The position numbers and the translations under genes were made by a program. DNA of 64,000 nucleotides from Sedimentisphaerales bacterium (GTDB taxonomy: Bacteria; Planctomycetota; Phycisphaerae; Sedimentisphaerales; Anaerobacaceae): positions 7,040,001 through 7,104,000 of the forward strand of contig OY970194.1 in the NCBI GenBank assembly GCA_963708075.1, in the 5' to 3' direction. The notes under the pieces are model-generated. The model saw nothing but the letters and a program-made list of their open reading frames with translations, made no database searches and had not been told where the DNA came from. This document shows, one piece after another, positions 44,983 through 55,739 of this stretch. How positions within the stretch are numbered: position 1 is the stretch's first letter; the number at the start of each line of letters is the position of its first letter.

Positions 44983-47103
44983 ATGCATCAATTTCGACAA
45001 CTTCTGGGACTCGTGGGCCTGGTCGCGCTGGCCGGCTGCATTGCTACGGGCGCGACGCCGCCTTCTTCGGGAATCTCCACTGATGCGGCAAAGCATTGGA
45101 CCGCGGACAATGGCAACGGCACTTACTCGAACCCGTTGTTTTATGAGGAGTTCGAGGACCCCGACATCATCCGCGTCGGCGAAGACTACTACCTGGCCGG
45201 CACCACCATGCACATGAACCCGGCCGTGCAGTTGATGCAATCCAAGGACCTGGTGAACTGGGAACTCGCCGGCTACTGCATGGACAGGCTCGACCTCGGC
45301 CCGGCCTTCCGCCTGGAAGACGGCAGAGGCATCTACGGCCGGGGCATCTGGGCGCCTTGCATCCGCTACCACAACGGCATGTTCTACGTCTTCTCCAACG
45401 TCAACGGCGCGGGCCTGCAGGTCTTCCGCTCCAAGTCGATTCATGGTCCCTGGGAGCGGAACCAACTGCCTGGAAGGCACGACCTGTCGGTTCTCTTCGA
45501 TGATGACGGCAAGATCTACCTCATCTCCGGCAACCGCAGCCCCTATCCTATCGAAGAGCTCGCCCCGGACCTCAAGTCCTTCGTCCCCGGTGTCCGCCGC
45601 CAACTGGATGCCAGGATGGGCGAAGGCCACCACCTCTACAAGATCAAGGGCAAGTACTACGACATTTCCGCGATCCCCGGCGCGACGACGGACCAGATGG
45701 TGGCTCGTGCTGACTCGATCGATGGCCCCTGGACCGTCGAGCGCATGGTCCAAGGCGAGTCCCTGGGCGTGCCCACCGTGGCACCCGCGCGCGTCACCGA
45801 CCGCGACCGCGGCCTGACCTTGCACCAGGGCGGCATGGTCAACACCCCCTCGGGCGAATGGTGGAGCGTCATCATGCAGGACCATGGCAGCGCCGGCCGC
45901 ATGGTCGCCCTGGTCCCCATCACTTGGGACAACGGCTTCCCCCTCATCGGTCTGCCGGGCAATCTCCGCAAGGCGCCCAATACTTGGATCAAGCCCAACA
46001 CCGGCCATACCCAGGATCCCAAGCCGTCGTTCATCCATGATGACAACTTCGACAGCGGCAAGCTCAATCCGCACTGGCAGTGGAATCACGTTCCCGATGA
46101 CACCAAGTGGTCCATCACCGAGAAGCCCGGGGTGCTTCGCCTCCATTCACTGCCGGCCAATGACTTCTACATCGCCCGCAACAGCATCTGCCAGCGGCCG
46201 CCGGCCCCTGAGTCCATTATGACCGTCGAACTGGACACGTCGGGCATGGTCGCGGGAGACACGGCGGGTCTGGCGCTCTTGAGTTCGCCCTATGCCTGGA
46301 TCGGCGTGGCGAAGTCCGCCGAGGGCACAACGCTGCAGATGCTCGACAACACCGGCAGCAGCGGTGGACGCCGAGGCGCCCCCGCGGCTCCGACCAAGCC
46401 TCCCACGATAGGCCCGGCCAATCCCCCTAAGCATCTCTGGCTGCGCGTCCACTGCAACTTCGACACCGATCAGGCCATCTTCAGCTGGAGCGACGACGGC
46501 AAGGAATTCACGCCTCTGGGCAATCCCTTCACCATGACCTTCCAGTTGACAACCTTCCAGGGCGTTCGCCCGTCCCTGTTCCACTACAACACGTCGGGAC
46601 AGCCCGGGGGCTATGTGGACTTCGATAACTACACGGTCGATGAACCGCGGGCGCGGGGCATCGAACGTGAGATCCCCATGGGCAAGACCATCGTGCTGAC
46701 CAGTGGCGCCGATGGCAGCTACCTGGCCGCCGACATACAGAACAACAAGCTGAGGAATGTCGCAGCCGACCCGAACAAGCCGGTCGCTCCTCAAGATGCG
46801 AAGTTCCAGGTCATCGATCTGGGCCTGGGTCGCGTGGCCCTCAAGGCCCCCAATGGCAAGGTTGTGTCCGTCGCGGGCCCTGAGAGCGTAGTCCTCAAGG
46901 ATCTCGCCGGCGCCAAGCCTGGCGATGCCGAATCGTTCCAGTGGATCAACCTGATACGAGGCGATACGATGCTCATGGTTCAGACAAACCATCAGTACCT
47001 CGCCACCAACCCCAACTCCCCCGGCGCGGTCACGGCGAACGCCCTCGGCGCCTCCGCCGCCCGCAAGAGCGGTGCGGAGTTCAAGTGGAAGGCTGTTGAA
47101 TAG
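44983..47103 (+). CDS. GH43 glycoside hydrolase with C-terminal beta-sandwich and fascin-like domains
   Basis: DPDIIRVGEDYY, SKDLVNW, GIWAP, EGHHLYKI, HQGG, WQWNH. Confidence 0.93.
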   Translation: MHQFRQLLGLVGLVALAGCIATGATPPSSGISTDAAKHWTADNGNGTYSNPLFYEEFEDPDIIRVGEDYYLAGTTMHMNPAVQLMQSKDLVNWELAGYCMDRLDLGPAFRLEDGRGIYGRGIWAPCIRYHNGMFYVFSNVNGAGLQVFRSKSIHGPWERNQLPGRHDLSVLFDDDGKIYLISGNRSPYPIEELAPDLKSFVPGVRRQLDARMGEGHHLYKIKGKYYDISAIPGATTDQMVARADSIDGPWTVERMVQGESLGVPTVAPARVTDRDRGLTLHQGGMVNTPSGEWWSVIMQDHGSAGRMVALVPITWDNGFPLIGLPGNLRKAPNTWIKPNTGHTQDPKPSFIHDDNFDSGKLNPHWQWNHVPDDTKWSITEKPGVLRLHSLPANDFYIARNSICQRPPAPESIMTVELDTSGMVAGDTAGLALLSSPYAWIGVAKSAEGTTLQMLDNTGSSGGRRGAPAAPTKPPTIGPANPPKHLWLRVHCNFDTDQAIFSWSDDGKEFTPLGNPFTMTFQLTTFQGVRPSLFHYNTSGQPGGYVDFDNYTVDEPRARGIEREIPMGKTIVLTSGADGSYLAADIQNNKLRNVAADPNKPVAPQDAKFQVIDLGLGRVALKAPNGKVVSVAGPESVVLKDLAGAKPGDAESFQWINLIRGDTMLMVQTNHQYLATNPNSPGAVTANALGASAARKSGAEFKWKAVE

Positions 47104-47158
47104 AGACCCTTCCAATCGGTTCTTATCGCAGTGTCAATTATGAAAGGGAAGAACGGGT

Positions 47159-49705
47159 ATGCTTGAGAGACACATGGCATCGACAGTCCTACTTCTGTTG
47201 TCCCTGGCGTTATCCGCGACGTCCCTCGCAGCTGATCTCAAGCCGCGAATCATCGTGCTGACCGACATATCACCCATCACCGTGGAGCCCGATGACATGG
47301 AATCCATGATCCGGCTGATGGTGCATGCCGACCTGTTTGAAATAGAGGGCCTGGTCGCCACCACCGGCTGGAACAATAGCGGTGGTCAGGAACATCCCGA
47401 CCTCATCAAGAATGTGATCGACACCTACCAAGAAGACCTGCCCAGCCTGCGAAGACGCTCCGGCCAGGAAGGTCACCTGGCGGATGAGTCTCAGCAGAAG
47501 ATCGGCTACTGGCCAAGTCCGGACTATCTGCGATCGCGCACCGTCATGGGGAGCAGGAAGATGGGATTCAGCTTCATCGGTAAAGACAATGACTCCCCAG
47601 GCAGTGACCTGATCATCAAGATGGCCGACGAAAGGGATGATCGTCCCATCTGGATCCTTGTCTGGGGCGGCGCCAACACGCTTGCCCAGTCCGTCTGGCG
47701 TGCGCAACAAGATCGAGCCCCGGAACAACTCAGCGCGTTTCTGCACAAGATTCGCACCTATACGATCACCGATCAGGACCGCCCACAGCGCGGGGGGGCC
47801 TATGATTTCAGCTCTCACTACTGGATGCGCAAAGAGTTCCCCAAGGACCTGCTCTTTATCTGGGATGAATCCGCGTGGACATATCAGAATGGCACCGGAA
47901 GAGCCGACTGGGACAAGTATGCCAACCATATTCAAAACCATGGCAACCTCGGCCGCATGTATCCCAAATACAAATACGGCGTAGAAGGAGATACCCCCTC
48001 GTTTCTATACGTCACGCCTAATGGGCTGAACGATCCTGAGAATCCGGGCCATAGTGGTTGGGGTGGCTTTTTTGTCTGGGCCATGAGCATGGACAAGGAG
48101 ACCGAGGCGTATATAAACCATCGGGGAACCCAGGCGAATGCCATTTCCAGAAAGTATGAGGCTCGTTTCTACCCGGCGATCTTCAACGATTTTGCCGCCC
48201 GGATGGACTGGGCGAAGGATGGCGTGGGAAATCGAAATCCGGTGGTGGTCATCAACGGAGACAGTGGCATCGCCCACATCAAGCTCGCCCCCGCGCGAGA
48301 CGCTGCCATCGCCCTTGATGCTTCGGCCTCCCATGATCCGGACGGCGATAGACTGAAATTCTCATGGTGGGTGCTTTCCGAGGCGGGCACCTACAACAAG
48401 GACGTCAAGATCTCGGGCCCAGACGCGGCACGCGCCACGATCGCGGCTCCGTCGGACGCAGCGGGAAAGAGCATTCACGTCATCTGCGAGGTCACGGATG
48501 GCGGAACCCCTAACCTTACCAGTTATCGCCGGATCGTCCTGGAGCCGACCGGCGCCGCGACCGAGGGACTGCTGGCGCAGAAGCCGTCGGCCATCACCAA
48601 ACCGCGAGTGATCATCTTGTCGGACTTTCCACCGCTGGACGTTATTCCCGGAGGTGCGGGCCACGGGCCGGCCGAGAAGCGCAGCGACCCGGACGATGTG
48701 CAGTCGATGGTCCGCTTCCTGGTTTACGCGAACGAATTCGACGTCGAGGGGCTGGTGGCTTCGGCAGGCACTCTCGCCAACATCGCCAGGAAGCAGAACA
48801 TTCTGGACATCCTGGACCTCTACGACCAGGTGGATGAGAACCTGAGGAAACATGATTCCCGGTATCCGACGACGGGCCAATTGCGCGCGGTGACCTGGCA
48901 AGGCCGCGACGGCACTTGGGGCAAGCCGGCCACCGAAATCATCGGTAAGGGACGAGACAGCGAAGCATCGCAAGCCCTCATCAAGGTCGTGGACCGTCCC
49001 GATCCCCGACCGGTATGGGTGTGCGTTTGGGGCGGTCCGTGCGATGTGGCGCAGGCAATCTGGGAAGTGCAGAAGACACGCAGCCCTGCCGAGTTGGAGC
49101 GATTCCTCGGCAAGCTGCGTGTTTTCCTGATCGGGCTGGGGAATAAGCCGGCACAGGATGGCTCGGGACAGTGGATGCTCGACAATTTCCCGAACTTGTT
49201 CGTGATCGTCTCGCAAAAGACTTACGGAGGGATGTTCGCCCAGAACTCTCCCCTTGGGAACCTGGAGTGGCTCAACGCCAACATGCGCGAAGGCCACGGA
49301 CCGCTAGGTGCCGCTTATCCGCGGAGTGGGTTCAATCCAAATAGTCCGGGGCAGCAGGAGGGCGACACGCCTTCCTTCCTGTATCTTTACAGCGCCGTGC
49401 GCGGGATGAATGACCCCGAGAAGCCCGAACAGGAGAGCTGGGGCGGTCAATACATGCGGCGCGATCCTGCCAGGAAGCATTGGTATGACGGTCCGGGCGC
49501 GAAGAGCGTCTCCAAATGGCTGCCTGATATGCAAAGGGATTTCGCAACCCGCATGGACTGGTGCCAGGCTCCGCAAAGACCGGGGTCAGACCGTGAGCCC
49601 AACCTTGCCGGAAGCCTGGCAGCCACAGCACCCGGGAAGAGATGGGTTCGCATCGATGCTTCGGCCTCCAAAGACCCGGATGGTGATAATATGAATTCCC
49701 TGTGA
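47159..49705 (+). CDS. Tandem DUF1593 (nucleoside hydrolase-like) protein; C-terminal Ig module truncated
   Basis: KPR.I.L.D...PDD..SM.R, WGG, EGDTPSFLY and F..RMDW each occur twice. Confidence 0.88.
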   Translation: MLERHMASTVLLLLSLALSATSLAADLKPRIIVLTDISPITVEPDDMESMIRLMVHADLFEIEGLVATTGWNNSGGQEHPDLIKNVIDTYQEDLPSLRRRSGQEGHLADESQQKIGYWPSPDYLRSRTVMGSRKMGFSFIGKDNDSPGSDLIIKMADERDDRPIWILVWGGANTLAQSVWRAQQDRAPEQLSAFLHKIRTYTITDQDRPQRGGAYDFSSHYWMRKEFPKDLLFIWDESAWTYQNGTGRADWDKYANHIQNHGNLGRMYPKYKYGVEGDTPSFLYVTPNGLNDPENPGHSGWGGFFVWAMSMDKETEAYINHRGTQANAISRKYEARFYPAIFNDFAARMDWAKDGVGNRNPVVVINGDSGIAHIKLAPARDAAIALDASASHDPDGDRLKFSWWVLSEAGTYNKDVKISGPDAARATIAAPSDAAGKSIHVICEVTDGGTPNLTSYRRIVLEPTGAATEGLLAQKPSAITKPRVIILSDFPPLDVIPGGAGHGPAEKRSDPDDVQSMVRFLVYANEFDVEGLVASAGTLANIARKQNILDILDLYDQVDENLRKHDSRYPTTGQLRAVTWQGRDGTWGKPATEIIGKGRDSEASQALIKVVDRPDPRPVWVCVWGGPCDVAQAIWEVQKTRSPAELERFLGKLRVFLIGLGNKPAQDGSGQWMLDNFPNLFVIVSQKTYGGMFAQNSPLGNLEWLNANMREGHGPLGAAYPRSGFNPNSPGQQEGDTPSFLYLYSAVRGMNDPEKPEQESWGGQYMRRDPARKHWYDGPGAKSVSKWLPDMQRDFATRMDWCQAPQRPGSDREPNLAGSLAATAPGKRWVRIDASASKDPDGDNMNSL

Positions 49706-49721
49706 AAGAAGGAACTGCCCA

Positions 49722-50786
49722 ATGAAAAAGTCCAATCTCCCGTGGTTCATCATTATGGTGCTGCTGTCCGGCAGTGCCCTCCTCGCTGCCGCGGCCGCAC
49801 CAGCCACCCAGGCGGCCGCCGCTCGGGCCAAGCTGCCTTTTGCCACGCCGCTCCAGTGGAAGTCCACTGGCGTGCTGGTCAAGCCGGTCTCTGATGCAAG
49901 CCACACGATCGTGTCCGTCAAAGACCCAACTATCGTGCGCTACAACGATCTGTGGCACATTTACGCGACCGTCTACTCGACATCCGCCAGAACCTGGAAC
50001 ATGGTGTACCTGAACTTCAAGGACTGGTCTGAAGCCCCCAACGCCAAGCTGTACTTCATGGATCAGAATCCGAACCTGAGAGGGTATCACTGCGCACCGA
50101 GTCTGTTCTACTTCCGTCCGCACAAGAAATGGTACCTGGTCTTCCAGTCGCAGCAGCCTCAGTATTGCACCACCGACGATATTTCCAGGCCCCAAACTTG
50201 GACCAAGCCGCAGAACTTCTTTGGAGGACAACCTGCAAGCATGCCGAGGCTCCCAATCGACTACCACGTGATCGCTGACGACACGCACGCCTATCTGTTC
50301 TTCACCGGGGATGACGGTCGCTTCTATCGCAGTCGGACCAGGATCGAGGACTTCCCCAAGGGCATGAGCAACCCGGAGATCGCCATCCAGGATCAGCGAA
50401 GCAACCTCTTCGAGGCTAGTATCACCTACAAGATCAAGGGCACCAATACCTATCTGACCCTGATCGAGGCTTTGAGCCCGGCACGGTACTATCGCGCCTG
50501 GACATCCGACCGCCTCGACGGCCAATGGACGCCCGTTCCGGATGCCAACACGTGGGACAAGCCCTTCGCAGGGATCAATAACGTCACCTTCGAAGACGGC
50601 GTGGCGCCCTGGACCAGGGACATCAGCCACGGAGAACTGATTCGCGACGGATATGACGAAACGATGACCATCGACCCCAACAACCTGCAACTGCTTTACC
50701 AGGGTCGTGATCCGGCCAGTGGCGGGCGATACGAGCTGTTGCCCTATCAACTCGGCCTCCTGAAATTGGACCGTTCCGGGGAGTAG
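49722..50786 (+). CDS. GH62 alpha-L-arabinofuranosidase
   Basis: SVKDPT, APSLFYFRP..KWYL, LFEAS, DISHGELIR.GYD, LPYQLGLL. Confidence 0.95.
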   Translation: MKKSNLPWFIIMVLLSGSALLAAAAAPATQAAAARAKLPFATPLQWKSTGVLVKPVSDASHTIVSVKDPTIVRYNDLWHIYATVYSTSARTWNMVYLNFKDWSEAPNAKLYFMDQNPNLRGYHCAPSLFYFRPHKKWYLVFQSQQPQYCTTDDISRPQTWTKPQNFFGGQPASMPRLPIDYHVIADDTHAYLFFTGDDGRFYRSRTRIEDFPKGMSNPEIAIQDQRSNLFEASITYKIKGTNTYLTLIEALSPARYYRAWTSDRLDGQWTPVPDANTWDKPFAGINNVTFEDGVAPWTRDISHGELIRDGYDETMTIDPNNLQLLYQGRDPASGGRYELLPYQLGLLKLDRSGE

Positions 50787-50853
50787 AGCCGTTGGGGACA
50801 GACCCGCTCTATCTTGATCCGTTGAACAAGAGCCGTACAGAAAGGAACAAATC

Positions 50854-51969
50854 ATGAATATGAAGAAGACAGTCACCATTGCAGGCCTGGCGATCCTGTG
50901 GATCGGTGCGGCGCATGTTACGGCAGGCCAGGACGTGCCCGCGCTGAAAGACGTGTTCAAGGCCGACTTTCTGATCGGCGGCGCTCTGAACCGGAACCTC
51001 GTGACGGGTCGGGATCCCAATGCCGCCGCGATTGCCGAGAAGCATTTCAGCACCATCACTGCGGAGAACGACCTGAAATGGCAACGCGTCCATCCGCAGC
51101 CCGACCAATACAACTGGGAGCCGGCCGACAGCTACGTGGCCTTCGGCGAAAAGAACAAGATGTTCATTGTCGGCCATTGCCTCGTCTGGCATGCCCAGAC
51201 TCCTCGATGGGTGTTTCAGGACGATGCGGGCAACCCACCGACGCGCGATGCCCTCCTGGCGGGCATGAAAGACCACATCATGACCGTTGTGGGCCGCTAT
51301 AAAGGCCGCATCAAGGGCTGGGACGTGGTGAATGAGGCTCTCGCCGATAACGGCACGATGCGAGACACCCAGTGGCTGCGCATCATCGGCGAGGGCTCGC
51401 CAGACAAGAAGTGCGACCACATCGAGAGCGCCTTCCGGTGGGCTCGCGAAGCCGACCCCAATGCCGAGCTCTACTACAACGACTTTGGCCTGGAAACGTC
51501 GAAGGCCAAGTGCGACGCCGCCGTCGCGCTCGTGAAGGACCTCAAATCCAAGGGTCTGCGCATTGACGGTGTTGGCATTCAACTGCACGGCGGACTGATG
51601 CACCCCAGCGTCGAAGGTCTCGAATACGCCATCGCGTCCCTGGCCGCGACCGGCGTCAAGGTCATGATCACGGAATTGGACATTCGCACGCAAACCCGCG
51701 GTTATCGCGGCGCCGATATCAGCCGGGTCAGCCGGGCCAGCACGAACGATCCGACCGCCGCGGCCGCCGAGATGCAGAAGAAGCTTGCCGACAAGTACGC
51801 CGAGATCTTCTCCGTGCTACTCAAGCACAAGAAGGACATCACCCGCGTTACGTTCTGGGGTGTGTATGACAGGACCTCCTGGATCGGCGGCTCGCCGCTG
51901 CTGTTCGATCGGGACTACAGACCCAAAGAGGCGTTCTTTGCGGTGGTGAAGACTGCCCAGCAACAATGA
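50854..51969 (+). CDS. GH10 endo-1,4-beta-xylanase
   Basis: ENDLKW, GHCLVWHAQTP, WDVVNE, LYYND, ITELD, TFWG. Confidence 0.96.
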   Translation: MNMKKTVTIAGLAILWIGAAHVTAGQDVPALKDVFKADFLIGGALNRNLVTGRDPNAAAIAEKHFSTITAENDLKWQRVHPQPDQYNWEPADSYVAFGEKNKMFIVGHCLVWHAQTPRWVFQDDAGNPPTRDALLAGMKDHIMTVVGRYKGRIKGWDVVNEALADNGTMRDTQWLRIIGEGSPDKKCDHIESAFRWAREADPNAELYYNDFGLETSKAKCDAAVALVKDLKSKGLRIDGVGIQLHGGLMHPSVEGLEYAIASLAATGVKVMITELDIRTQTRGYRGADISRVSRASTNDPTAAAAEMQKKLADKYAEIFSVLLKHKKDITRVTFWGVYDRTSWIGGSPLLFDRDYRPKEAFFAVVKTAQQQ

Positions 51970-52077
51970 ACCTTGAAGAGAAGCCATCGGGGAGCCCAGA
52001 CAGAAATCTCAGCAAAAGCTTGCCTGTCACAGTACGGGACTCTCCATCGAGCGCTGCGTCAAGGACCTGCTGCCGTG

Positions 52078-52215
52078 CATGACCCTGAAAGAAGGGCACC
52101 TGGCGTTCTACAACGTCGACATGAGGTGAGTGGTCGAACCCGACGTATTCGAGATTATGATCGCCAACTGCCACGGGACAAGGACTTGCGGAGAGTCATA
52201 CCACATGTGAAATGA
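52078..52215 (+). pseudogene. GH3 beta-glucosidase C-terminal Fn3-like remnant
   Basis: HLAFYNVDMR*VVEPDVFEIMIAN, then shifted RDKDLRRV...VK*. Confidence 0.65.
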
Positions 52216-52693
52216 CATTGCCTGGTGTCATCCTGAGGTGTGGCCGCCCGTCTTCCGGATGATCGGGGTTCACCAGCCGATCTGCTGCACCAGAGCTCTG
52301 CCTGGAAACTGGAAGTGCTCAGGAGGTTCTCCAAAGCACGTGGGCAATTCCTCAGTAGCTCATCAGGAGCACGCGTACCGATCAAAATCGCCCGATTCCA
52401 CATCGAGATCTATGTCGCCAAAATGTCACCACACAAGTTCATTTTGATCGAATCGCACCTTCTCAAAACCCCTGTCAAGCACAAAAAAGCCAATTTTCAT
52501 GACGGCAATAGTACAACCAGTCCGTTGACCCCCTCGATCGAGGCCCTTCGGTCTCTCGGTCCGATGTTCCGGTCATGTAGCAGACCACGCATAGGAGACG
52601 ATTTGGTAGGTGGCGGATGTTGAGGGTGCGACAAGTTGAGAGTGGATGCCGCGACAAGCGTGTACCACCAGTCCGCGGGGCCGGCATGACTGG

Positions 52694-52936
52694 TCAGACG
52701 AGATGAAGATTGGCCAGAACAGTGCTATAGATCTCGCCGATCAGTTCGGCCGGCAGATCCAGGGTGATCTCACGGGTCCTGCCGTACCTGCCCCGGGAGA
52801 TGATCCGGCATTGCAGGAGGGAGTAGAGATCGAGCTCGGCCAGCATGTCACTGAAAACCCTCCCCGTAAGGGGTCGGACATCTGCCCGCGTACAGAACGC
52901 CCGGTAAGCGTCGTAGGCCTCGCCCGTACCGAGCAC
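52694..52936 (-). pseudogene. Orc1/Cdc6-like C-terminal winged-helix fragment
   Basis: [10 protein letters not shown]....[15 protein letters not shown]...L.....[12 protein letters not shown]; no AAA+ portion upstream. Confidence 0.75.
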
Positions 52937-52969
52937 ATGCTTCTTTGACTTCCGTTGTGCTTCGATGAC

Positions 52970-53559
52970 TGGCTGCCGATGAAATGATAGATCTCCGGCT
53001 CATCAAACCACTCGGCCGTCTTGCGATGGATTTCCTCAACCGATGGGTTAAACCACAGGATAATCGTCCGATCCTCCAAGGCGCGAACATTGCTGCTGAG
53101 CGATCGCCACTCATTTGCGATTAGCATTGCGTTACTGGTCGTCATAAACTCCGTCGGCAGTTCCGGAACGGCCGTCACGGCATTGCTCAACCAACTGATT
53201 CGTTTGGTCCGTCGCGTATTGCACAGTGGCTTAAGGATGCGAACACAGTCGGGATTAGCATACAGGCGGTCGAGGTCATCGAGCACCACGGGGCTATCGC
53301 GGTAACGCCACAGGCCTTGGTACAGACCGAAAGGCTGGGGGTGCCCCTCTACGTACAGCGTCTTGCTGTGATGAGAATCATCAATACCCAATGCCTGCTT
53401 TACAGCTTCTGTCTTACCGATGCCAGGCTTGCCGAGCAACAAGACAAGATCCAGGGAGCCTTCGGCAAACTTACACAAATAGCGGTCCAGGTCGTGGTAG
53501 TTTGTCACCACGATAGCATCGTCGGGCATCGGAATCGAGTTGTCGGTCTTGGCAGTCAT
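52970..53559 (-). pseudogene. P-loop ATPase, 3'-truncated
   Basis: Walker A GKPGIGKT and Walker B VVLDD; after EIYHFIGS the frame runs out of register into the Cdc6 fragment. Confidence 0.65.
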
Positions 53560-53649
53560 GGGCGGAGGTACAGAATGCAAATGTGGGCGATTTTGAGACT
53601 TCCGCGCGTAAGTCCTTGTATATACAAGGCTGAAGATAGTCTCATGTTC

Positions 53650-54540
53650 TCAGCCGGTGGCCCTCATCGCAGCTTGATCCATGATGTGTTGAAACTCCGC
53701 CAGCATCGTAGGTCCGGCCTGTGAGAGGAAGCGGACTACCGCTGCATTGTTCAGAAGGCTCCGCAAGTATCCGACGACCACAACGAGATGGAGCATGTTC
53801 CGACCGTACTCCTCCTGGACCAGGTTGAACTCGTGTTCCATGTTGTTCATCTCTCTTTGCAGGCGAGCAACGTCGAGATCTTCCATTCCTTCTGGAGCAG
53901 TCTGTTGGCTGGGTTCCAGCACTTGGTCCGGCGAACTGGCCAAGACCAGGCACTTGGCGTAGGCAGCGGTGTAGTTGTTCGAGGCGATCATTACTTCAGC
54001 CATCTCGATCTGACGCATCGGCTTGACTTGCTTCATTTCCCGGATCGCCCCGGCCGAAGCCTTGCGCTCCCGTAGAAGGTCGACGGCCTCCGGACAGATG
54101 CCGGCCAGCAGGTCGCGTTTCTGCTTGATGGTGTCCACGTTCACGTTGAGCGTCTTGGCGATCCGTTCTTCTGATACTCCGTTTTTGATGGCACGTAGAA
54201 CCATGAAATGTTCCTGGATCGGCTGAAGCTGGTTGACCTTGTGGTTGTAAGTAAATGCTTCGTCATCAGTTGCGACAAGGCAGAACAAACTCTCGAATTT
54301 CAGACTCTTTGCGATCTCGAGACGTATGTGACCGTCCAGCATAAGGTAAGTGTCCTTATCGCCTTTGTTGGGGAACACGATGGGCGGCTTGATGATGCCG
54401 ACTTCCTGCATTGATGACTTGATTCGAAGATATCGTTGGGAAGAACGGATACCTTTGGGCAGACTCTTCAGCGGTAGGATCTTGTCTAAAGACAAGGTCA
54501 CGCCTTCTGGTTTGAAGGCTATCGGTACATTTTCTCGCAT
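53650..54540 (-). CDS. ParB-like / plasmid partitioning RepB C-terminal domain protein
   Basis: SS..EVGII.P, LDGHIR, DDEAFTYN, QEHFM, L.GICPEAV, PMRQIE.AE.M. Confidence 0.9.
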   Translation of the reverse strand: MRENVPIAFKPEGVTLSLDKILPLKSLPKGIRSSQRYLRIKSSMQEVGIIKPPIVFPNKGDKDTYLMLDGHIRLEIAKSLKFESLFCLVATDDEAFTYNHKVNQLQPIQEHFMVLRAIKNGVSEERIAKTLNVNVDTIKQKRDLLAGICPEAVDLLRERKASAGAIREMKQVKPMRQIEMAEVMIASNNYTAAYAKCLVLASSPDQVLEPSQQTAPEGMEDLDVARLQREMNNMEHEFNLVQEEYGRNMLHLVVVVGYLRSLLNNAAVVRFLSQAGPTMLAEFQHIMDQAAMRATG

Positions 54541-54553
54541 ACACGTACCTTTC

Positions 54554-55432
54554 TCAGAGAACCTTTTCGGCCAAGTACTGCGGCAGTGAATCGAGCGATT
54601 CTGCTCGCAACAGGTTGATGAAATTCTCATCTGTAAAGAGCCGCTTCATCGCGGCAACGACGTACAGCAATTGGCGCTGGCACAGATGAGCTTGCTTGAC
54701 AACGGCCTGTTGCCGTGCCGTCTCGTCACGATAGGCCTCGAGCATCTTGTGTGTGGAAAGCGATTCAGGGGATCCTTCTTTGGTTTCACTGCCCTTGAAT
54801 CCACTATCTGCCCTCCGTTTCTCGATAAACGCACGGACTCTCAAGAGTTTCTTGCCCCGCAGGAGATTCTGTTCATATGCCTCATGAAGTGCCTTCTGAA
54901 TGCCTTCGTCATCGGAGGTAGCGATCTCGATGGCCACACTGAGCGGTATGCGGTGCTTTTCGACGGCTTGCAGGAGATCAGTCTCCCCATGTGTCAGCAG
55001 TCGCAAGACCCCGCTGACGTACGTAGGGGTCAGATCGGTTTTGGCGGCAATTTGTGAGATCTTATACCCGCGTTTCTTCAAAGTAGCGATCTCTTCCAGG
55101 AGTTCCGCCGACCGGGCCTGACGGTGCGCGAGGTTCTCGACAAGACTCATCAACAGCAGATCTTCGCTCGATGTGTTCCGCACTCGTGCGGGTATCATCT
55201 CCTCGCCCAGGCTGCGGAATGCCAGCAGGCGCCCTTCGCCGCATACCAGGTCGTAAGCACCCGGACCGTATTTCCCACTGGCAGGGGAGACAGTGATTGG
55301 TTTCTTCACTCCAATCGCCTTGATGCTCGAGATGATCTGCTTGAACTTCTCTTGCGCTCGTGACCGAGTGTTCACGATGTTGATTTGGTCAACGGGGATA
55401 GACAGTACGGGGTCGTCGTATTGGTAGGTCAT
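54554..55432 (-). CDS. ParB/RepB/Spo0J-family protein
   Basis: GVKKPITV, YDLVCGEGRL, MSLVENLA, LLRAESLDSLP. Confidence 0.9.
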   Translation of the reverse strand: MTYQYDDPVLSIPVDQINIVNTRSRAQEKFKQIISSIKAIGVKKPITVSPASGKYGPGAYDLVCGEGRLLAFRSLGEEMIPARVRNTSSEDLLLMSLVENLAHRQARSAELLEEIATLKKRGYKISQIAAKTDLTPTYVSGVLRLLTHGETDLLQAVEKHRIPLSVAIEIATSDDEGIQKALHEAYEQNLLRGKKLLRVRAFIEKRRADSGFKGSETKEGSPESLSTHKMLEAYRDETARQQAVVKQAHLCQRQLLYVVAAMKRLFTDENFINLLRAESLDSLPQYLAEKVL

Positions 55433-55739
55433 GACCGTGCCTCAATTCGGGTTCGAAGTGCCAGTTGAGCAAATCCGTCCAAAGAATCAAACCGGTAGGT
55501 GTCAACATAAGCGGCATTGTGTTCCGCCAGACGCAGCGACGAGGTGTGAATGTCCCAAATCGGCAGAAGGTAAAAGTCGGATGGCTCGTCGTTGGCCTTG
55601 ATGAATGCCAGGATCGCGCTGACGAGTACTCCTCGATCTGTATCGAAACGCTCGGGGTTGCTTTCGGCGCACCGGCCCCTTATGACAGGTGGTGTTCTAT
55701 CGCAGTCTCAAAGGCGTGGTCCGTGTGTTGGCCCGGCAT
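55429..55739 (-). pseudogene. Chimeric scar: type I restriction HsdR 5' end fused to a large serine recombinase 3' end
   Basis: MPGQHTDHAFETAIEHHL*...NPERFDTDRG...ILAFIK (HsdR-like), then ANDEPSDFYLLP...LRLAEHN...DTYRFDSLD...* (recombinase tail typically found before RepB pairs). Confidence 0.65.

Noticed and set aside
52176..52190. ACAAGGACTTGCG as another recombinase-type site
   Set aside because: Explained as the DKDL codons of the GH3 remnant.
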